Assembly: GCA_963806085.1 (NCBI GenBank)
Contig: CAWDWR010000001.1
Coordinates: 1,733,573-1,797,572, forward strand
From: an uncultured Acidobacteriota bacterium
GTDB taxonomy: Bacteria; Acidobacteriota; Vicinamibacteria; Vicinamibacterales; JAKQTR01
Reading direction: 5' to 3'
DNA length: 64,000 nucleotides
Below are positions 57,620 to 64,000 of this stretch, in pieces. Below the pieces are notes generated by a model that did not search any database, was not told the DNA's origin, and worked only from the letters and a program-made list of their open reading frames with translations. The position numbers were made by a program, and so were the translations under genes. How positions within the stretch are numbered: the stretch's first letter is position 1; every line of letters starts with the position of its first letter.

Positions 57620-60600
57620 TCACCACGTCGGAACCGTCTTCCAGCCCGGGAAGGGGCCGACATCGATCGTCCACCGCGCTTCCGACGCCTGGTCTCTCAC
57701 CGCTCGGAGGTTCGTCAGCGACTTCAGTTTCGCCACTAACGCATCGTGAGGCAGTGTGTGCAATGGCGGCCTGCTGAGGTCGGGCATCGGCCACAGTCGG
57801 AGCGTGTTGTCCTCCCCGGCCGAGGCGATCCAGCGGCCATCCGGGGACTGCCCCACCGAGAAAACGGGGCCGTTGTGGCCGAGCAGTTCGTGCGGCTCGC
57901 CCGATCCGGCTCGGCCGACGCGGATCACGCCGTCCACGTCTCCCGTCACGACGATGCTCCCAGACGGGTCAACCGAGTAACTGCGCACGCAGTCACCGAA
58001 CTCCGTGAGCAGCCGTGCGGTTGACCTTTCGAGATCCCGCAGCGTCACCGTCGCACACTGGTCCCAGTTCACCAACTGGCGATCGATGGTCAGCGCCCTG
58101 CGACCTCCGGCTCCGAAGTCCGCGACCGTCATCGCGTCCGCGGGATTCGCGGCGACGACGTCGTAGGTACCCTTCTCAAGCTGCCACCGCAGGATCCCCG
58201 CTTGCCCTGCGGTGTAGACGACATCGTCGCTCGCGAAAGCAACCCGATGCACACCGCCCGCGTACCCGGAGTTCGGCGACGCTGTGTCCGGCGACGAGGC
58301 CTCGACGCCACCTGGAAGCGGGAAGGACCGGGCGTCGCCGGATTCGAGATTCCAGACTCGCAATACCCTGGGACCCTTCCCGAACTGAAACGCCGTTGCG
58401 ACTCTGTGCCCGGTGGGTGAAGCCGCCACCGTCTCGAGCAGGGTACCCGAATCGAACCCATCGAGCCGCCTGGGATTCCCCCCGGTGAGCGGGTAGACCG
58501 TGACATCTCCGGCAGTCGTGGCGGCAAACACGGACCCTCCCCGAGGATCGAATGCAAGTGCCGCGATGCAGTCCGGAGGGCGTGTCGCGTCGAAGATTCG
58601 GGCTTCGCCGGTGCCGTTGAGCGAGACCGGCCAGAGGTGCAGCTTCCCATCGGACCAGCCTGTCGCCAGCCAGCGCCCGTCCGGGCTGAACGTGATGGGC
58701 CTGCGCGCCGCCGCGTAGCCCTCGATGACGTTCAAGAAGGGCCTGCCGGTTGGCCAGAAGGTGACCGATTCTGTCCCGTGTGTCGTAACCGCCATCCAGT
58801 CGTCCCTCGGGTGCATGGTGCCCACGGCGAAGTACCACGAACCAGCACGGCGAAGCGTGAGAGGCAAGGCGCCAGGTAGGCCCGGGACCCCCCAGATTGG
58901 AGCCCTGGCGCTCTCGAGCGGCCGGCCCACCAACCAGCGTCCCAGGGGACTTGGCCCGGTCTCCGCCCCCGCACCGGAGGGCACCAATACGCCGGCAGCC
59001 GGCTTGTAGTCCCCTTCAGCGTTCGACCAGCGTGTCAGTCGGCCCGAGTGATCCTTCGAGAGGAACTCCCCTGGACGTTCGGATGGCATCACCGTCGTAT
59101 CCGAAGCATGGCGCGCCAGGAGGATGTCCGACCGAAACGCGCCGGCCCGGAGCGGACGAAGATAGAGACTGGAACCTCTCGTGTAGATCCACGACGGTCC
59201 TGCCGGATCGAAGCAACTGCTCGACGGCTTCATCGTCTGCCACTCGATCCGGCTCAGCGTCTCGGGCTCCCCGCCATCAAGCCGCCAGGCGCGAAGGGCC
59301 ACCACCTCGGGTCGATCCGGCGTCCCGCGCTCGATGACCTCGGCGAACAGCGTCGCGGCGCCCAATTGCCAACGGCCGCGGCCGCCCAGCTCTATAGTCC
59401 GGACTCGTCGTGCTCCCGGGAAAGACCATACGTGAACACGGTCCGCCATCCAGCCGCTGAGGCCTGTGACCAGAAGCTCGTCGGATGCCCACCTGGGGAC
59501 ATTGGGACTGGCGGGTGTCTGCTCATGACCCGGAAGCAGTACCCGGTCCGCTCCCGTCGTCGGACCAGACCCTGCCGTAGGCGTTGTAGCCCGCCACGGC
59601 GAGCCGGCTGCCGTCCGGACTGAAGGCCGGATTCCGCAGATCGGTGTCCCCAGCCGGCATCTCGATGGCAGGGGGCGCATCCCACAACGCCCGAAGGGCA
59701 AAACGGCGGGCTTCGGTCGTGTCCACCATCTCGAGGCTCGCCGTCGCCAATGCGAGGGCTTCGGTTGGATCGTCTGCCAGTCGTGCCTGCGCGAATGCGA
59801 GCAGCTTGGCGGCTTCAGCCCGTCGCGCGCTCTCGATGGCCGACTGGCGCGAGATTCCGATGGCAATCGCCACGGCGCTCAAGCCCACGATAACAGTGGC
59901 GACGGTGGCCGAGAGCAGCAGCTTCTTGCGTTTCGCCCGCGTGGCCATAGCGGCCGCGAACGCCTCCTCGACGGCCGTGAGGGGGGCCCCGTACCGCTCG
60001 CGCCACAGCGCGTACTCGCGATACGCCGTCCCGGTCCACAGCAGGTCGGACGTGCGCCCCTTCTCTGCCCAGAGGTGCGCGGCCTGCTTCAGCTGGTCGC
60101 GCAGCTGTGCGCCGTCCTCGTCCTGCATCTGCCACCGCACCAGGCGGGGCCACGCCTTGAGCAGCGACTCGTGCACGACCTCGATGCCTTGGCGGCCCGC
60201 CTCGCCGCCGTGTCTCTCGGCCTCGTACGACGTCAGCAAGCGCGCGTCGACGAGGTCGCGCAGCACCGACTCGGCCGACGCGCGGTCGGGGAAGGCCGAG
60301 AGCAGTTCGTCGCGATCGACGACGGACCTGGTGCCGTGAGACGTGACGAGGTTGCGGAGGATGTCACGGACGAGGTCCTGCCTGGCCGCACCGATCCGAT
60401 CGAGCGTTGCCTCGGCGTGCTGGGCGAGGGCGCCTGCGACGCCGCCGATGTCCTCGTACGCGGCGCGGGTGAGCGTCTTCCGCTCGCGATCGCGCCGTTC
60501 CCAGAGACGTGAGACGGCGAAGGCGAGCAACGGCAGCGCCGCGCGGGCACCCTCCACACACGCCACCATGTCCTCGACCAGGAGCGGGTCTGCGAACCGG

Positions 60601-62096
60601 TACCCGAGCCTGGCCGCGGGCTCCACCAGCGCACGGCGCAGGCCGTCCTGGCTCAACACGCCTAAGGGCGTGAGCTCGTCGAAGATCGGCGCCAGGCAAG
60701 TGTGCTCATGGCAGCGCATCAGAAAGTCGTCGCGCAGCGAGAGCACGACGTGGACGTCTGCCTCGTCAGCGAGCCGCGCGAGCAGGCTGGCAAAGCGCGC
60801 CTGCATCTCCGGCGGGTTCAGCGTGAACAACTCCTCACACTGATCCACGATCAGCAGTGCATCCGGGTGAGCCTGCCGCCAGCGGGCCACCAACGCGAAC
60901 GCGGTGTGGGGCTCCTCGAACCCGGCGAGCCGGCCCAGCGCCTCGGAATCTCCGGCGAGCGCAGGCCCGAGCGCTTGACCGAGTGCCCGCAGCGGCGCCG
61001 TGCCCGGGGTGCAGACGATCGCCGCCCATTCGTCGGGCCTGGCCGGTGCGATTCCGGCACGCAGGAACGACGTCTTGCCGGCCCCCGACGGCCCGATCAC
61101 GCCGAGCAGCCGCCGCGCCCGGATGCGCGTCCACAGCGCCTCGACTTCCGACTCGCGCCCGAAGAACATCCGGGCGTCCTTTTCCGTGAACGACCGAAGT
61201 CCCGGATACGGGCTGCGCTCTTCGACATCCTGCAACGAGACGGCGTCCGACGGCAGCCGCAGTAGCGCCTCGAGTGCCGCGACGATGTCGATCGCGCTCG
61301 CGAAGCGGTCCGACGGGTCTTTCTCGAGGCACCGGCGAACCACACCGTCCAGCGCCGGAGGGATCGAACGGTTCACGCTCGAAAGAAGCGGCGGCGTCTC
61401 GAGCATGATCGCGGTCAGCGTGGAGGCCAGCGTCTCCCGTTGGAAGGGATGCTGCCGCGCGAACAATTCGTACAGCACGACTCCGAACGAGAAGACGTCG
61501 GAAGGCAAACCGACCGGCCGCCCCTGGGCCTGCTCGGGCGACATGTACGCGATGGTCCCCATGATCACATCGCGAGCGGTCACGGCGGTCGTCCCGGTGT
61601 CCATCGCGTCGCTGGTCCCGGTGTGCTTGGCGAGGCCGAAGTCGAGGATCTTGACGCGGCCGTCCGTGGTGACGAACACGTTGTCCGGCTTGATATCTCG
61701 GTGGACAACGCCCGCGCGGTGCGCGGCGGCAAGGCCGTGCGCAGCCTGGACGGCGAGCGCGAGAAGTTGCCGGTGCGTGGGGATACGCCTTGAGAGCATC
61801 TCCCGCAGGGTCTCGCCCTCGAGAAGCTCGGTGACAACGAACGACGTCCCACCTTGCGAGCCCACATCGTGAACGGTGAGGATGTTCGGGTGATTCAGGG
61901 CGGCGACCGCGCGCGCCTCGCGCTCGAACCGGCGCAACCGGTCGGCGTCGCCGGACACATCGTCGGGGAGCACCTTGATGGCGACGGTGCGGCCGAGGCG
62001 CGTGTCCCGGGCCTTGTAGACCTCCCCCATGCCCCCGGCGCCGATCAGCCCGAGGACCTCGTAGGGACCCAGCCGCGTGTCCGCAGCCAGTGGCAT
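57620..62096 (-). pseudogene. Ser/Thr kinase - nSTAND-type P-loop NTPase - TM helix - WD40/beta-propeller protein (about 1490 aa), apparent +1 frameshift near 59547..59555
   Basis: ORF 59523..62096 carries the kinase, then PYPGLRSFTEKDARMFFGRESE, the P-loop GPSGAGKTSFLRAG, a TM helix and the first propeller blade. It ends ...GRVWSDDGSGPGTASGS*. The propeller continues (ADRVLLPGHEQ...) in ORF 57620..59866, offset by one base at a GGG run. Confidence 0.8.
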
Positions 62097-62180
62097 GCTC
62101 GTTCCCGGCGCGAATTATAGCGCCGGGGTGCCTTCAGGCGGCCGCCAGCCTTCGATCTGTGTATCAGTTTGATGACTTGA

Positions 62181-62215
62181 CGTCCGAGTCCGGATCCCGA
62201 ATCCCGAACCCCGGC
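62181..62215. repeat. Tandem heptamer array, about 5 x (G/T)YCCGRA
   Basis: cgtccga gtccgga tcccgaa tcccgaa ccccggc, directly abutting the TAG stop of the permease gene (62215..62217). Confidence 0.85.
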
Positions 62216-63495
62216 TACTCGTACCGCATCGCCTCCACCGGCGACAGGTTCGCGGCCTTGAGCGCCGGGTAGGTGCCGAACACGAGTCCCACCAGGATCG
62301 CGGCTCCCATCGCCACGGCCAGCGTCGGCCACGTCACGGCCGCATACACCTGCGCCATCGTCTGCGTGCGCATGATCCAGGTCACGAGGTAGGCGCCGGC
62401 GATGCCGAGGATGGCGCCGATGATGGCGCCTGCGAGCGAGATCACCACCGACTCGGCCAGGAACTGCACGATGATGTCGCGCCGGCGCGCGCCGGCGGCC
62501 TTGCGCACGCCGATTTCCTTCGTGCGCTCCGCCACGGCCGCCAGCAGCACGTTCATAATGCCGATGCCGCCGACGATGAGCGAGATGGCGGTGAAGGCGC
62601 CCATCAGGATTTTGAAAACCAGGATGCCCTGATTCATCGCCACCAGGCGGTCGAGCCCGGTTGAAGCGACTGTCACCTGGTCCTTGGTGCGCCAGTCTGG
62701 ATTGCGCTTGTCGGCCCAGGCCTCGGCCTTCTCCTTGAGCGCAAGCACATCCTCGACGCGCGCCGCATTGAGGGCGAGGGTGCGCGCCCGGGGCGTGGTG
62801 GCCGCCGCCATCATTGACTCAGCCCTGGACAACGGCGCCGCCACGTTCAGATAGGGCCGGTCTCCGACAACCGATTCCTGGATGCCGATGATGCCGACGC
62901 GCTGGCCCTGGCACGTAATGTCGGTGCCGATGGCGGACTCGGTCGGCCGGCCGGCCGTCAGTTCCGCGGCGAGCCTGTGCCCGATGACGGTCACGGGCGC
63001 TCCGGTCGCGAGTTCCTCCGGCGTGAACAGGCGCCCGCGCCACAGGCGCAGCCCCATCTGCCGGGCGTTGGCCGCCGCGATCCCCAGCACCAGCGCCGCG
63101 CGCTCCTTGCCCGCCACCGTCAACATGCCGCGGCCCTCGGACGACAAGATCACCTCGGTGTCCGGCGGCACGAACGCCGCGAGATCGCGGAGGTCATCGG
63201 TCGTGAACATCGGGACGTCGGTGCGCGGCACCTGCAGGCCGTCGACCGTGTCGACCGTCTTCGCCACGATGGCGACGGTCTGCAATCCCCGCCGTTCAAT
63301 CTGCCCGCGCGCGAAGCGTTCGGCGCCATCGCCGATAGACAGGACAGCCACGAGGGAGGCGGCGCCCATCACCACGCCGAGCGTGGACAGCACGGTGCGC
63401 ATCGGGTTGGCGCGAAGCGTTTGAACGCCCACGCGTACGGAGAGCGGAAGGGTCTGCCGGCTCATGGTCCTGAGAGAGGGTGACGAGCGGCGCAC
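62215..63495 (-). CDS. ABC transporter permease, MacB/FtsX family
   Basis: 426-aa ORF. The N-terminal TM helix reads ANPMRTVLSTLGVVMGAASLV. It has a large periplasmic domain and a C-terminal FtsX 3-TM module ending LKAANLSPVEAMRYE. Confidence 0.85.
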   Translation of the reverse strand: MRRSSPSLRTMSRQTLPLSVRVGVQTLRANPMRTVLSTLGVVMGAASLVAVLSIGDGAERFARGQIERRGLQTVAIVAKTVDTVDGLQVPRTDVPMFTTDDLRDLAAFVPPDTEVILSSEGRGMLTVAGKERAALVLGIAAANARQMGLRLWRGRLFTPEELATGAPVTVIGHRLAAELTAGRPTESAIGTDITCQGQRVGIIGIQESVVGDRPYLNVAAPLSRAESMMAAATTPRARTLALNAARVEDVLALKEKAEAWADKRNPDWRTKDQVTVASTGLDRLVAMNQGILVFKILMGAFTAISLIVGGIGIMNVLLAAVAERTKEIGVRKAAGARRRDIIVQFLAESVVISLAGAIIGAILGIAGAYLVTWIMRTQTMAQVYAAVTWPTLAVAMGAAILVGLVFGTYPALKAANLSPVEAMRYE

Positions 63496-63522
63496 GCGGG
63501 ATGTTCCCGCGCGGCCGGCACG

Positions 63523-64000
63523 TCACCGGGTCGCGATGCGCTGGAGGGCCCGTTCGACTGCGGCCCGGAGCTCGAGGTCCGCTCCGCCGGGCGGCAACTC
63601 CAGGACCTCGCGCAGCGCTTCGCCGTACCACTTGCGCCATGCCGCCATGACGGCCGCCTCCGTGGCCTCCGCGGCCGCCTTGTCCGGCGCGGCGCTCACG
63701 AGCGCGGCGCCCTGACGGCGCTCGAGCGCCAGGCGTGCGAGGGCCGCCTGCTCGATGAGCTGCGTGACGTCGATCGCGTCCCGGGGCGTCGTGCCGGCAA
63801 GCAGCAACGCGGCGGCGGCGACGTTCACGCCGACGCGCTTCATCTCGGCCGGGTCGGTCATGCCGGGCCGGTCGAGGCTGGAATGATAGAAACGATCCGG
63901 AAAGTGCCACGCGAGCACCGACGGCACACCGGCGGCGAGGAACACGGAGTGATCGCTGCCGCCCTCGTAGGGGTTGGTCTGCACCTCCCACGCCGAGCGC
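63523..64000 (-). CDS. M28-like peptidase, C-terminal part (5' end beyond the window)
   Basis: ORF 63523..63984 stays open upstream to the window edge (...RSAWEVQTNPYEGGSDHSVFLAAGVPSV...YHSSLD), resembling the metal-ligand region of M28-type exopeptidases. Confidence 0.5.
   Translation of the reverse strand, partial: RSAWEVQTNPYEGGSDHSVFLAAGVPSVLAWHFPDRFYHSSLDRPGMTDPAEMKRVGVNVAAAALLLAGTTPRDAIDVTQLIEQAALARLALERRQGAALVSAAPDKAAAEATEAAVMAAWRKWYGEALREVLELPPGGADLELRAAVERALQRIATR

Noticed and set aside
62097-62214. TATAAT on the minus strand (62114..62119) as the promoter of the kinase-nSTAND gene.
   Set aside because: There is only a -10-like hexamer and no acceptable -35 at 16-18 nt. A single hexamer match is too weak to report as a feature.

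Overview
High-GC bacterial chromosomal segment. Gene content points to Acidobacteriota by inference: two TIGR03436-type VWFA-related proteins, three Hanks-type Ser/Thr kinases with TolB-N/TPR or WD40 sensor modules, and many secreted peptidases and amidohydrolases. I call about 47 protein-coding genes, mostly on the minus strand. I recognised no rRNA, tRNA, CRISPR array, transposase or prophage. Recognisable genes include ahcY, a SahR-like regulator with metH, speA, rsgA, ltaE, pepF and tupABC next to a three-subunit Mo/W-bisPGD oxidoreductase. The long antisense ORFs in the track are GC-driven shadow ORFs and were ignored. Main observations: (1) A secreted BCP/PrxQ-type peroxiredoxin has an in-frame TGA exactly at the peroxidatic Cys, followed by a SECIS-like hairpin, so it is a probable selenoprotein that gene callers would split. 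(2) Eight intergenic loci carry tandem 7-nt repeats in four sequence families. All sit directly after stop codons, in a constant orientation relative to the upstream gene, and none sits in a divergent promoter gap. One family is a canonical G-quadruplex motif and another is a CTAG stop cassette that supplies real stop codons. (3) A lipoprotein TupA is fused to a sulfite-oxidase-fold-like domain carrying an inserted CxxCH cytochrome c module, beside a Tat-less MopB/FeS/DmsC complex. (4) An 11-kb operon links DUF349, PepF, a 1064-aa orphan secreted protein and two VWA proteins. (5) Four genes (pepF, an acyl-CoA synthetase, rsgA, a kinase-nSTAND-WD40 gene) carry single-base frameshifts, three of them at or next to short G/C runs. 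These are more likely assembly indels than real decay.
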